Below are positions 45,864 to 55,305 of a stretch of 59,561 bases of DNA, one piece after another (positions within the stretch are counted from its first letter, which is position 1; each line of letters starts with the position of its first letter). Both the position numbers and the translations under genes were made by a program. Below the pieces are notes generated by a model. That model was not told where the DNA came from. It ran no database searches and saw nothing but the letters and a program-made list of their open reading frames with translations. This DNA is from an uncultured Pseudomonadales bacterium (GTDB lineage Bacteria; Patescibacteriota; Microgenomatia; UBA1400; UBA1449). The stretch spans positions 1 to 59,561 of the forward strand of contig CAYLQQ010000007.1 in the NCBI GenBank assembly GCA_964386355.1. The letters are read 5' to 3'.

Positions 45864-47394
45864 GAATCTTCTACGCCAGATTAACACCAGTCGAAGCTTC
45901 AGGCGAAAATTAGCCACGAGCAGCCATTACTGGTTTTTCCATATCTACTTTAGCCACTACATCAAGTACCAGACTGCTGATTTTCAAAAGGAGATGTTTA
46001 CCATCACTGAAAATGAGCAGAATAAACTGGCAGTGATTGTGGCTTTTCGGGGATCAGCTAAATCCACCATTGCTTCATTGTCCTTCCCGATCTGGGCAAT
46101 GCTGGGTAAATTGCAGAAGAAATTTATTATCATCACCAGCCTGACATCTAATCAAAGCAGGTTACTACTCACCGCTATCAAAAATGAGTTAGAAACCAAT
46201 GAACTACTGATCAATGATTTCGGGCCATTCGATGAAGACGATCAGGAATGGCGGTCTAATTCGTTAGTGATCAAAAAATACGGAACCAGAATCTCATCCT
46301 TCTCTACCGGAGAGGCTATTCGTGGCTCGAAGCACAACCAATACCGCCCTGACCTGATTATTTGTGATGATATAGAAGATTTATCGTCAGTTAAAACCAA
46401 AGAGAGCCGTGATAAAACCCATCAATGGTTAACCGGAGAAGTGATTCCGGCGGGAGACACCAATACCAAGGTGGCCGTAGTCGGTAACTTACTACATGAA
46501 GACTCGGTTATCTGCCGATTGGACGAGAATATTAATGAAGGCATTCTTAGTGGAGTGTTCCGTAAATACCCACTCCTGGATGGGCAGGATAGGTCGCTGT
46601 GGCCGGGTAAATTTCCTGATCAGCAGTCAATTAAAAATCTACAAAGCCAGGTAGCCAATGATCAGGCTTGGCATCGGGAATATCTACTCCACATCATCTC
46701 TGATGCGGAAAGGGTCATTCATCCAGAGTGGATCCAATACTATGATCGGTTGCCGGGAAAAAGTAACCCCACTGGGTTTCAATTTATAGCTACGGGGGTG
46801 GATTTAGCCATTTCCCAAAAACACTATGCCGATAATACGGCTATGGTTTCGGTACAAACCCATCGGATCGGGAGTAGGTACATGTTCTACATCCTACCCA
46901 ATCCGATCAATCAAAAACTATCGTTCCCGGATACCGAGCAGATGCTAAAAGATATTTCCATGCTCCTAGACTCATACCTATATATAGAGGAGGTTGGATA
47001 TCAGGCATCTATTATTCAGGATTTGACGCAGGATGGCTATCATGCAACCGGGGTCTCACCCAAAAGCCAGGACAAAAGAACCAGGTTATCATTAATCTCG
47101 CACCTAGTTAAAAACGGAACCATACTGTTTCCCAAGTTCGGCTGTGAAGATTTAATCAAACAAATGGTCGGTTTTGGCATCGAAAAGCATGATGATCTGG
47201 TTGATGCCTTAACCACCCTAATTCTGGGCATCATAGGCAAGCCTCCGTATACAGGAGAAGTAAGAGCTGTTCCAATTGAAAATTTCTACAACAGCAGGAT
47301 TATCTCGTCCCGAAGCGATGATTGGGCAGAGGAAGAAGACAGACAGATATTCAGAAAGTTAAAGTCCCGAAACCATCATCGGATTTACGGTTAG
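45838..47394 (+). CDS. phage terminase large subunit-like protein
   Basis: Walker A-like VAFRGSAKST. Walker B DLIICDDIED. Nuclease-domain acidic residues (GVDLAIS..., KHDDLVDAL). Confidence 0.7.
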   Translation: MKPIEPMNENLLRQINTSRSFRRKLATSSHYWFFHIYFSHYIKYQTADFQKEMFTITENEQNKLAVIVAFRGSAKSTIASLSFPIWAMLGKLQKKFIIITSLTSNQSRLLLTAIKNELETNELLINDFGPFDEDDQEWRSNSLVIKKYGTRISSFSTGEAIRGSKHNQYRPDLIICDDIEDLSSVKTKESRDKTHQWLTGEVIPAGDTNTKVAVVGNLLHEDSVICRLDENINEGILSGVFRKYPLLDGQDRSLWPGKFPDQQSIKNLQSQVANDQAWHREYLLHIISDAERVIHPEWIQYYDRLPGKSNPTGFQFIATGVDLAISQKHYADNTAMVSVQTHRIGSRYMFYILPNPINQKLSFPDTEQMLKDISMLLDSYLYIEEVGYQASIIQDLTQDGYHATGVSPKSQDKRTRLSLISHLVKNGTILFPKFGCEDLIKQMVGFGIEKHDDLVDALTTLILGIIGKPPYTGEVRAVPIENFYNSRIISSRSDDWAEEEDRQIFRKLKSRNHHRIYG

Positions 47395-47443
47395 TCTACC
47401 GACACTGCGCTTGACTTGACCAGTTGTTGCGGTACTGTTTAAC

Positions 47444-48736
47444 TTGATGCAACAACAGATTATCACCGACGATCAGGCTAAATACTGTCTCTATGCCCGC
47501 AAATCAACTGAAGGCGATGAGCGACAAGCCATGTCGATTGATTCCCAAATCAAAGAGATGACAGCCATTGCCAATAGGGACGGGATTCAGATCACTGATA
47601 TCAGAGAGGAACGATTTTCAGCCAAGATGTCCGGCTCAAGGCCAGTATTTAATAGTATTCTGACTGACATCCGCAGTGATCACTTTAATGCGATTTTGAC
47701 TTGGGCTCCTGACCGCCTAAGTAGAAACGCCGGAGATCTGGGGATGCTCGTGGATCTCATGGATCAGGGCAAGCTTCAATTTATTAAGACCTTCTCCCAA
47801 ACCTTCACCAATAGTCCCAATGAAAAATTTCTACTTATGATCCTCTGTAGTCAGGCTAAGCTGGAAAACGACAATAAAGGAATCAATGTCAAAAGAGGCA
47901 TCAGAGCCAAATGTCAGATGGGCTGGCGACCCGGCATGGCTCCACTGGGTTACTACAATCGGGCATTCAACGGAGTTAAGGATATTATTATCGATCCGGA
48001 GCGAGGTCCGAAAATCACCGAGGCCTTTGAACGGGTGGGGATACATGGAAAAAGCGGTTGGGATATCAAACGCTGGTTTGATAAAGTCGGATTTCGCAAC
48101 CGCTCCGGAGCCAAAGTCACTATCAGCCAAGTATATCTGTTACTCAAAAACCCGTTCTATTATGGTGAATTTGAGTACCCACTGGATAGTGGAAGCTGGT
48201 ACAAAGGCTCGCATCCGCCACTAATCAGTAAGGAACTATTTGAACAGACCCAGGAACAATTGAAGGTGCCTCAAAAATCCAAATGGGGTGCCAAGCAGTT
48301 CACATTCAAAGGACTATTTAAATGTGGAGAGTGCAGATCGACCATTATCGGTGAGGAGAAGTTTAAAAAGCTATTAAACGGCAAAACCAACAGACATGTT
48401 TACTACCATTGTTCCAAGCAATTAAATCAGTGCCGACAACCGTACCTGAACGAAAAGGCAATGTTAAAGCAATTACGGGATCTAGTCGCCAATCTGGATG
48501 AAAGCAAACTCAAGCTCTCTTACGGACTGAAACTAAAAATTGATGCATATCGCAAAATTCAGCAGGAAGTGTTTATTCAACACAACCTCAACCCGACCAA
48601 CCAGGAATCATCGCTAAAGCAATATGCGCTATTCACCTTATGGGAAGGAGCCAGTCAGGATCAGAGAGAATTAATCCAGGGACTAAACCTCAATATCGTC
48701 CTCAAAGATAAACAAGTAGAGATCAAAAATAGTTAG
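47444..48736 (+). CDS. large serine recombinase (integrase)
   Basis: Resolvase catalytic domain YCLYARKSTEGDERQAMSIDSQ...TWAPDRLSRN. Recombinase domain (GWRPGMAPLGY). Zinc ribbon CGECRS...YYHCS. Coiled-coil tail. Confidence 0.85.
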   Translation: MMQQQIITDDQAKYCLYARKSTEGDERQAMSIDSQIKEMTAIANRDGIQITDIREERFSAKMSGSRPVFNSILTDIRSDHFNAILTWAPDRLSRNAGDLGMLVDLMDQGKLQFIKTFSQTFTNSPNEKFLLMILCSQAKLENDNKGINVKRGIRAKCQMGWRPGMAPLGYYNRAFNGVKDIIIDPERGPKITEAFERVGIHGKSGWDIKRWFDKVGFRNRSGAKVTISQVYLLLKNPFYYGEFEYPLDSGSWYKGSHPPLISKELFEQTQEQLKVPQKSKWGAKQFTFKGLFKCGECRSTIIGEEKFKKLLNGKTNRHVYYHCSKQLNQCRQPYLNEKAMLKQLRDLVANLDESKLKLSYGLKLKIDAYRKIQQEVFIQHNLNPTNQESSLKQYALFTLWEGASQDQRELIQGLNLNIVLKDKQVEIKNS

Positions 48737-49812
48737 TCGGGAAAGTTAGTTAACAATTCTTTCAATTGATTAATGGTCACATCTTTAAGCGACCACTTAG
48801 CCAATTTACCGGAGTTAAAATTCGAAGGTTGGTTTAACTCGATTCCGGGAAATTTAGTAGTAAATATCGGTTTTAGTTTGTTGTAATTTTCCTGGTTCCA
48901 AAAACCATTATTAAAGGCAATGCCTAACGAACCGTTATCGTATGTTGGATCAACATGAAGGCTAATCGTAATTTTATTTGCGTTGAGATGAAGATAGAAA
49001 TTCAGGGACTTACTGCCTTTGGCTACGCTGACAGTTTTAAGTTCCGATTCTCCGGTATTGATCTGATTAAACAAAGTCACAATTTGGCCGACCACTTCTC
49101 CAAGCCCTACGTCTGAATAGGCTTGAGTAAAATCATCATCTCCCAGGACTCGTTTGGATGAAACAGACGATATATCCTTCTTAACTTGAGCTCCAAAAAG
49201 TTTAGGGATAGTGATTTCCAAGTCTTCATGCTGGTAATACTCAAGCTCGACGGCATAAATATCAAATTCACTGTTCTGGTTAATGAAAGTTATTAAATCC
49301 CGTAGTTGTTGGTGGAGCGAGTCCATTAGTACCACCAACTTAAATCGGCCATTTTGCAGATTGGTTTTAATATTGGTAATAAGATCTTGGGCTTGTGGAG
49401 TATCAATTTCATAAAACTCAGTTAATTTAGTTATCAAATCAATCTGGCTCTGTCTTTGAAGTTGACCGTTTAGATCAGTAATGAAATCATCGCCAGAACG
49501 GTAGTTGGCCCAAAGCGAGGCGGCATAATCAAGTATTTGAGCGACAACCTTACGCTTGTCAGCATTTCTGAATAGTTTTGTCTCTACCAGGTAGATTTCA
49601 CCGTCTTTATCAACCCCGACGGCATCAATCGGGCCGGATTGGCTGGGGAATTCTCTTACTAAAACAGACAAATGGATATCGTCTTTGATGTCATACAAAG
49701 GAATAGCTTCAGGATTCTGGTGAATATACTCCTGCAAGTGATCCTCCAGAATAAATGGAGATGAATTGACTTTGACCGATTTGTGGCCTTTTTGAGTGAT
49801 TAGTATCGACAT
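48733..49812 (-). CDS. NucS/DUF91-like PD-(D/E)xK nuclease-domain protein with unknown C-terminal domain
   Basis: LEDHLQEYIHQNPEAI...GPIDAVGVDKDGEIYLVETKLFRNADKRKVVAQILDYAASL matches the D...E.K pattern. I cannot assign the C-terminal ~230 aa (possibly DUF4268-like). Confidence 0.5.
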   Translation of the reverse strand: MSILITQKGHKSVKVNSSPFILEDHLQEYIHQNPEAIPLYDIKDDIHLSVLVREFPSQSGPIDAVGVDKDGEIYLVETKLFRNADKRKVVAQILDYAASLWANYRSGDDFITDLNGQLQRQSQIDLITKLTEFYEIDTPQAQDLITNIKTNLQNGRFKLVVLMDSLHQQLRDLITFINQNSEFDIYAVELEYYQHEDLEITIPKLFGAQVKKDISSVSSKRVLGDDDFTQAYSDVGLGEVVGQIVTLFNQINTGESELKTVSVAKGSKSLNFYLHLNANKITISLHVDPTYDNGSLGIAFNNGFWNQENYNKLKPIFTTKFPGIELNQPSNFNSGKLAKWSLKDVTINQLKELLTNFPD

Positions 49813-49898
49813 ATTGGTTAAAAATCCTGGTTTAATACTAACTTACAGTTAGCAAATAATCAAGCTATCTACCAGGCGTAAATGCTAACTCTCACTTA

Positions 49899-50147
49899 GT
49901 GGAGCAAATAACCTTCCCAGGCAACAATAATGTCATGAGGAAGAACGCCAAATTACCACGAGTACTCGGTAAGAAAGTCCAAAAAAGAAGAAAGGAACTA
50001 GATCTAACCCAGGAAGATGTAGCTTATAAAGTCGGTATTAGTAGGGCTTATATGGGTTATATCGAGCAAGGAAGAAATATACCTTCGCTGGAAATGTTGG
50101 AGAAAATTGCCAGAGTTTTGAAAGTCAAAACAAAAGATCTTCTTTAA
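49899..50147 (+). CDS. XRE-family HTH transcriptional regulator
   Basis: LTQEDVAYKVGISRAYMGYIEQGRNIPSLEMLEKIARVLKV. The likely true start is the ATG at 49935. Confidence 0.8.
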   Translation: MEQITFPGNNNVMRKNAKLPRVLGKKVQKRRKELDLTQEDVAYKVGISRAYMGYIEQGRNIPSLEMLEKIARVLKVKTKDLL

Positions 50148-51013
50148 TGCTTCTTTATCTGCTTCGGGTCGATTAAGTTTAATGTTGTATAGAAGAAATT
50201 GACCCATTTTTGATGTACTGACTTCAATTCAGTGTGTGGGTCAGGTGTTAGATTTTTTGCAATTCTAGTCAAACCTTTGTCCCCATGAAGATCTTTATAA
50301 CTAATTTCTTTTCCGAGGAGTAATGAGTGCTGTGGACTTCCAACTCCATCTATCGCTAAGGCGTCAGATATAAGTTGCCAATGTTGGCTCTTTTTTATTT
50401 GTTTCTTCGAAATCACTTGAACAATCTTAAGTAAATCTCCCTTATAATGCTCTAATGTATTTCTCATGGCTATTGCAGCAGATTTCGGTGGTACTGCCCC
50501 CGAAAAAGCTGATATACATGCGGTGTTTGCCTCAATAAATTCAGCTGAACGATCCGGATTTAAAGTAGCTAGCTTTTCAATTACTTCGTTTGTACTATTT
50601 TTCTTTTCCCAAAAATTAAAGTATTGAGAATGATATTTTATCGACCAATCTTGCACAAACTGCGGTTGTGAGGGATTGTTTAAACTATTAATCTGACTAA
50701 AAACAACATCCGATGTAGTAGCTGAAGCTGCACTTCCGGAAGCAGTAACATAAAATGGAGAATTAATTGAAATTTTGGGAAGTGATTTTTCCCAAAGGGT
50801 ATAGTCACTTTCAACCGTTCCATATATGTAAGAGTCATCGAAACTGTTTGCTACTTCACTTGGAGCATCGCCGATTGCAGCGATTGACAGCTCCGTTTCT
50901 TCTTTCGCTTCTTGTACTAATGGAACTAAATCATTAATTTTCTTAGCATCGTCTAAAAAGCTTGTAAGCAATTTATGCTTCTTGTTAAGTAGTATTTGGG
51001 TCTTTTTACTCAT
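50144..51013 (-). CDS. hypothetical protein at right end of the element
   Basis: 289-aa ORF with no recognisable motif. Its ATG overlaps the artificial stop of the truncated RT N-half (ATGAGTAA). Confidence 0.45.
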   Translation of the reverse strand: MSKKTQILLNKKHKLLTSFLDDAKKINDLVPLVQEAKEETELSIAAIGDAPSEVANSFDDSYIYGTVESDYTLWEKSLPKISINSPFYVTASGSAASATTSDVVFSQINSLNNPSQPQFVQDWSIKYHSQYFNFWEKKNSTNEVIEKLATLNPDRSAEFIEANTACISAFSGAVPPKSAAIAMRNTLEHYKGDLLKIVQVISKKQIKKSQHWQLISDALAIDGVGSPQHSLLLGKEISYKDLHGDKGLTRIAKNLTPDPHTELKSVHQKWVNFFYTTLNLIDPKQIKKH

Positions 51014-51530
51014 AGTGAATATTTGGAGTAAGTACGGTCACTCTCTCTAGAGTGTACAAAGCTGCTGCACCCTGCGGTAAGCCACCCTGGAAGCAGCAGA
51101 TATTTGTAAGTATACGTGCGCTTGTCCTTCCCCATCCTAATCTTTTAAAATAATCATAAACTCGCTGGTTCTTTGTAGAAATAAAAAAATCTTTTAAATC
51201 TATATTTATTATGACTTCTGAGCTTATATGTTGCTTTGCATTGTGAACAATAGATTTTTTTGGAATAAACCCAGTTGAAGCAACATGACAAGGAATGGGC
51301 TTGAGAAGCCGGTGGTAAATAGTTTTTTGGAGCTTCTTTAAATTCTGATCAGGAGCACTTATAACTCTATAATCTATGCCGTTTTTCTTTGGTACCTGAA
51401 ATTGGGTATACCCAAATGTTTCGGGTATACCTGATTTCCAGATTATGAGTTCATTTACAGGCAGATTTAACCATACTGATAAATCTGAAACTAAGCGCCC
51501 CCCTTCAAATAGGTTTGAAAACCAGCTCAT
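51006..51530 (-). pseudogene. retron-type reverse transcriptase, N-terminal half (split gene)
   Basis: YRVISAPDQNLKKLQKTIY, GFIPKKSIVHNAKQH (retron NAxxH), INIDLKDFF and GGLPQGA, followed by 19 unrelated codons and a stop. Confidence 0.8.
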
Positions 51531-51540
51531 GTAAAAAAAA

Positions 51541-51680
51541 GAAACTGCCGCTGTTTTGCAATTACTTTATCTGAAATTCAGATAAAGTAATTCTACCGGC
51601 TCACAAGTACAGCAACTGTACCCGGGTGACGAAACATCAACCTAAGCCTCAAAGGCTTCACCAAAACACACGGCAGTTTC
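51541..51680 (-). ncRNA. candidate retron msr/msd non-coding RNA
   Basis: Inverted repeats GAAACTGCCG (51541-50) and CGGCAGTTTC (51671-80) bracket three hairpins, including a perfect 15-bp stem (51560-51592). It lies immediately 5' of the RT start on the RT strand. Confidence 0.55.
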
Positions 51681-51780
51681 GATATTTAATTTTAGCATAA
51701 ATATATACAGCAAAAATACGAACTCATACATATAGTACTGATACTTCTCAGACAGGTTCTTATTTTGAAACTACATAGTA

Positions 51781-53109
51781 ATGGTGTATAAATATATGTA
51801 TATGCTAAATACTCCAATTGAGGATACAACTCCACTACCTGACCCAGCTACCGTTCTGAATAATTTAAAAAATAATCTTCAACATAACCCCCAAAATCGA
51901 GCAATAAGCAACGATTCATTGAGTAGTATTTTTACAAATCAAATTAATGACGTAATTTCGTTTGTAAATGGCATACTAGTAGAATCAGCTAAACTTAATG
52001 CATCAGACATACTTTTTGAGCCAGAAGAAAAGGATATTCGGGTACGCATTAGGGTAGATGGAGTGCTCTATGTTGTTGGAAGAGTACCGAAAAGTACTAT
52101 TGATAAAATTATTGCCCGCATAAAAGTAATAAGTAATCTAGATATCACCGAAAAGAGGAGAGTTCAGGAAGGACAGTTCAGTACTAATATCGAGGGAAAT
52201 ATAATTAATTATCGTGTTGAGATAGTTCAGGTCATTCATGGAGAGCTGGTAATAATTAGGATTCTTCAAAGAGATTCTATTGTCATGACACTGGAATCGC
52301 TTGGATTTAACTGCCAACAATTAACACAATTTAAAGAAATTTTGTCCTCAAAAAGTGGCCTGATATTAGTCTGTGGTCCAACAGGTTCAGGCAAAACTAC
52401 AACATTATATACAACGATAGCAGAGCTGAATAAATCACAAGAGTATAATGTCATTACAATAGAAGATCCGGTTGAATATAAACTGGCAGGAGTTAATCAA
52501 ATGCCGATTAAACTGGATATGGGATTTACATTTGAAGAAGGATTGAGGGTAACTCTCCGGCTATCCCCCGATATTATTCTAGTGGGAGAAATACGAGATA
52601 AGGAAACCGCTACAATAGCAGTCGAATCGGGATTGACTGGACATATGGTTTTATCAACTATTCATGCCCCGGATTCAATCGGCGTCATTTATAGACTGCT
52701 AGAGTATGATATTGACACATACCTTATCAATAACGCACTGCGAGGTGTAATTTCTCAAAGGCTAGTAAGACGAAATTGTCCCAAATGTATACAGCCATAC
52801 ACTCCCACTCAGGATGAAATCGCCCTTTTTCAAAAATATCTCAGAAGAGTTCCAAAAGAGCTGTATAAGAGCACAGGATGTTTAGAATGCCAAAACCTTG
52901 GATATAAAGGAAGGATTGGCATATACGAGATATTGAAAGTCGACTCTAGCATTAGGTCATTTGTTAGGGATGGTATAAGCGAGGATGTGTTACGTCAAAA
53001 ACTAGATGAAATGAATTTTATTAACCTGATCCGTGACGGTTTACTGAAATGTGAACAGGGTTTAACTACATGTGATGAGGTATTTAGAAATAGTATTTTC
53101 TCTAGTTAG
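51781..53109 (+). CDS. GspE/PilB-family type IV pilus / type II secretion ATPase
   Basis: Walker A GPTGSGKTTT. Asp box ITIEDPVEY. Walker B ILVGEIRD. His box. Tetracysteine CPKC...CLEC. Confidence 0.85.
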   Translation: MVYKYMYMLNTPIEDTTPLPDPATVLNNLKNNLQHNPQNRAISNDSLSSIFTNQINDVISFVNGILVESAKLNASDILFEPEEKDIRVRIRVDGVLYVVGRVPKSTIDKIIARIKVISNLDITEKRRVQEGQFSTNIEGNIINYRVEIVQVIHGELVIIRILQRDSIVMTLESLGFNCQQLTQFKEILSSKSGLILVCGPTGSGKTTTLYTTIAELNKSQEYNVITIEDPVEYKLAGVNQMPIKLDMGFTFEEGLRVTLRLSPDIILVGEIRDKETATIAVESGLTGHMVLSTIHAPDSIGVIYRLLEYDIDTYLINNALRGVISQRLVRRNCPKCIQPYTPTQDEIALFQKYLRRVPKELYKSTGCLECQNLGYKGRIGIYEILKVDSSIRSFVRDGISEDVLRQKLDEMNFINLIRDGLLKCEQGLTTCDEVFRNSIFSS

Positions 53110-53141
53110 TACTCTTCATCTCCAAGTTCTGTCGTAAACAG

Positions 53142-54260
53142 CTAATCATTAATCAGTGTATCAATTACGTAGTTTTCAACATCTAAGCCCTTTTTTGTTA
53201 GACGCATCACGCTTTCATTCTTACATAATAATCCATTTATACGTAGTTTACTAATTACTTTTTGTTTTGATTTTAAATAGTTAGATTCAATTTCTGATAT
53301 CGGCAAACCATCGAGCAACCTTAGTCCTAACATAAGTTTTTCTTGAGCTGCCTGCCTATTTGAAACGTTCAACATGTGTTGTTTCCCATCACTGTGTCGG
53401 TTAATGTATCTTTCAATAGACTCTTCATTTTGCCAGCGTTTATGTTTAAAAAAAGTATGGGCTCCCGCTCCAATTCCAATATATGGCATATACTTCCAAA
53501 AATGTAGATTATGTCGGCATTCATAGCCTTTTTTTGCCCAGTTTGAAATTTCATAGTGCGTATATCCAGCTTGCATGAGCAATTTTCCCGCTTTTTTATA
53601 CATCATCCTATCAAGTTTCTGGTCTGGGATTTCAAATGTTCTCATCTCATTCATTCTTCCCCACACAGATGTATCATCCAGTTCAAGACTATAACAAGCA
53701 ATGTGCTCAGGCTGCAGATCAATAACCTGAGTCAATGAATCATCCCAATCAACCAACGTTTGTCCAGGTAATCCAAGCATGAGATCAATATTTATATTGC
53801 TAAAGCCTGCCTCACGCGCCATGTAGAATTTCTGCTTAAACTCATAAAAGCTATATTGCCGTCCTAATTTTTTAAGAAGTGTATCACTCGTTGTTTGTAC
53901 TCCAATACTAAGTCGGTTAATATTAGCGTCTCGATAAACTTTTAGTTTTTCTACATCCAAAGATTCAGGATTGGCTTCAATAGCAATCTCTACTTTCTTA
54001 CTAAGTTGAAAACTTTCATATATGTACTCAAGCAGTTTTCCAATTAAAATTGGATCTACCAATGACGGTGTCCCTCCTCCTACATACATCGTGTCTATAT
54101 TTTCTGTTTTTAGTATTTTTTTGTAGGTATCAATTTCTTGTTTTAAGGCATCAAAGTATGCCTTCCACAAAGATGATTTACCTGCTTGCGAAAAAAAGCT
54201 GCAATATGGGCATTTACGGGCGCAAAAAGGTATATGGATATATAAGCTTAGATTTTTCAT
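53142..54260 (-). CDS. hemW: radical SAM heme chaperone HemW / HemN-like
   Basis: LYIHIPFCARKCPYCSF, GGGTPS and the HemN_C-like tail. Confidence 0.85.
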   Translation of the reverse strand: MKNLSLYIHIPFCARKCPYCSFFSQAGKSSLWKAYFDALKQEIDTYKKILKTENIDTMYVGGGTPSLVDPILIGKLLEYIYESFQLSKKVEIAIEANPESLDVEKLKVYRDANINRLSIGVQTTSDTLLKKLGRQYSFYEFKQKFYMAREAGFSNINIDLMLGLPGQTLVDWDDSLTQVIDLQPEHIACYSLELDDTSVWGRMNEMRTFEIPDQKLDRMMYKKAGKLLMQAGYTHYEISNWAKKGYECRHNLHFWKYMPYIGIGAGAHTFFKHKRWQNEESIERYINRHSDGKQHMLNVSNRQAAQEKLMLGLRLLDGLPISEIESNYLKSKQKVISKLRINGLLCKNESVMRLTKKGLDVENYVIDTLIND

Positions 54261-54288
54261 AAAATCTCAGTTAATATATAATGCGCTA

Positions 54289-55305
54289 TTGTATATTTTA
54301 AATATGACATATTATTACGACCCAAATATCACACATGATCATGACCCAAAAGAATGCATGGCTAATAGCTTAAAGCATCTTAATATTGAGCCTGGTTATT
54401 TAACTGATGTTTCTACAAATATACTTAAGTCTATTATCCCACGGTTTGAAGAAATGAGAGGGTACGACTTGTTACCAAATCACCTAAAAAGTGAACTGGT
54501 AATGATTGAGTGGTTTAAGGCTCATGAAAAAGCGTATGTTACATTTTTACAACATGAGCAATCAGTACCTCCGAAACTTGCAATTCGTTTCCCTTATATG
54601 ATCCTGATCGGAGATATTGGTAAAACTGGGGGGTTCCCTGATGCGCCAGGCCGATCAATCATACCTCGTTTATATAGTTTTATTTTTTCAAACGCTCACC
54701 AGAATGAATACCAAAAAGCATTACCTCATACTGGGGTCAAGCATTTTAGTCAACTCCCATTACTTCAAGCGTTATATCTTCATCACAAAGCGACAGGTCG
54801 TGATATAAATGACTATGAAATATCGGGTGAGGAGCACGCCTATCTAATAGATAATGATATACAAGTAACAAAAACACCAATGTATCGTTTTTGGACAAAT
54901 ACTCATATAGATTGTGGTGATCAAGTTTTTGAATGTATAGATGATTCAGATTCGGAAGTTCTAATTGCTACAGCTTTTGGACTCAGCCATCATTTTTCTC
55001 AAGGTAAAGCATCAGGACGTTTAGCGGAGGTCCTTGATACACATTTTAAATCCCCAGAGGGGCGTTTAGAAGCTTATAAATACATTGCTCTGCTTGAGCT
55101 TATGGATAAGATAGAAGCATATATGCACAGAGATGACACAAATCTACTATCATACGAAAAGGCACTTGAGAATTCTTCTGGATACGTTCTATCCCAACTG
55201 GCAACTAATTATAAAACATCTGATGACTTTAAGATAATTACTCAAGCATACGAAGAGGCTATTGCCTTCTTGGAAAAACACCCGTTTCCTACAACAACTC
55301 ATTAA
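54289..55305 (+). CDS. hypothetical protein
   Basis: 338-aa ORF with no motif recognised. Confidence 0.4.
   Translation: MYILNMTYYYDPNITHDHDPKECMANSLKHLNIEPGYLTDVSTNILKSIIPRFEEMRGYDLLPNHLKSELVMIEWFKAHEKAYVTFLQHEQSVPPKLAIRFPYMILIGDIGKTGGFPDAPGRSIIPRLYSFIFSNAHQNEYQKALPHTGVKHFSQLPLLQALYLHHKATGRDINDYEISGEEHAYLIDNDIQVTKTPMYRFWTNTHIDCGDQVFECIDDSDSEVLIATAFGLSHHFSQGKASGRLAEVLDTHFKSPEGRLEAYKYIALLELMDKIEAYMHRDDTNLLSYEKALENSSGYVLSQLATNYKTSDDFKIITQAYEEAIAFLEKHPFPTTTH

Larger units (their letters stand above)
32376..51068. mobile_element. ~18.7 kb integrated element (serine-recombinase island, phage/satellite-like, defence-gene rich) inserted in the retron RT gene
   Basis: It is bounded by the two halves of one RT gene. 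It encodes a large serine recombinase, terminase-like genes, a ParB-methylase, type I R-M, OLD, Shedu and XRE. By spot counting, the central part is visibly more G+C-rich than the flanks. Boundaries are good to about +/-10 nt. Confidence 0.7.
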
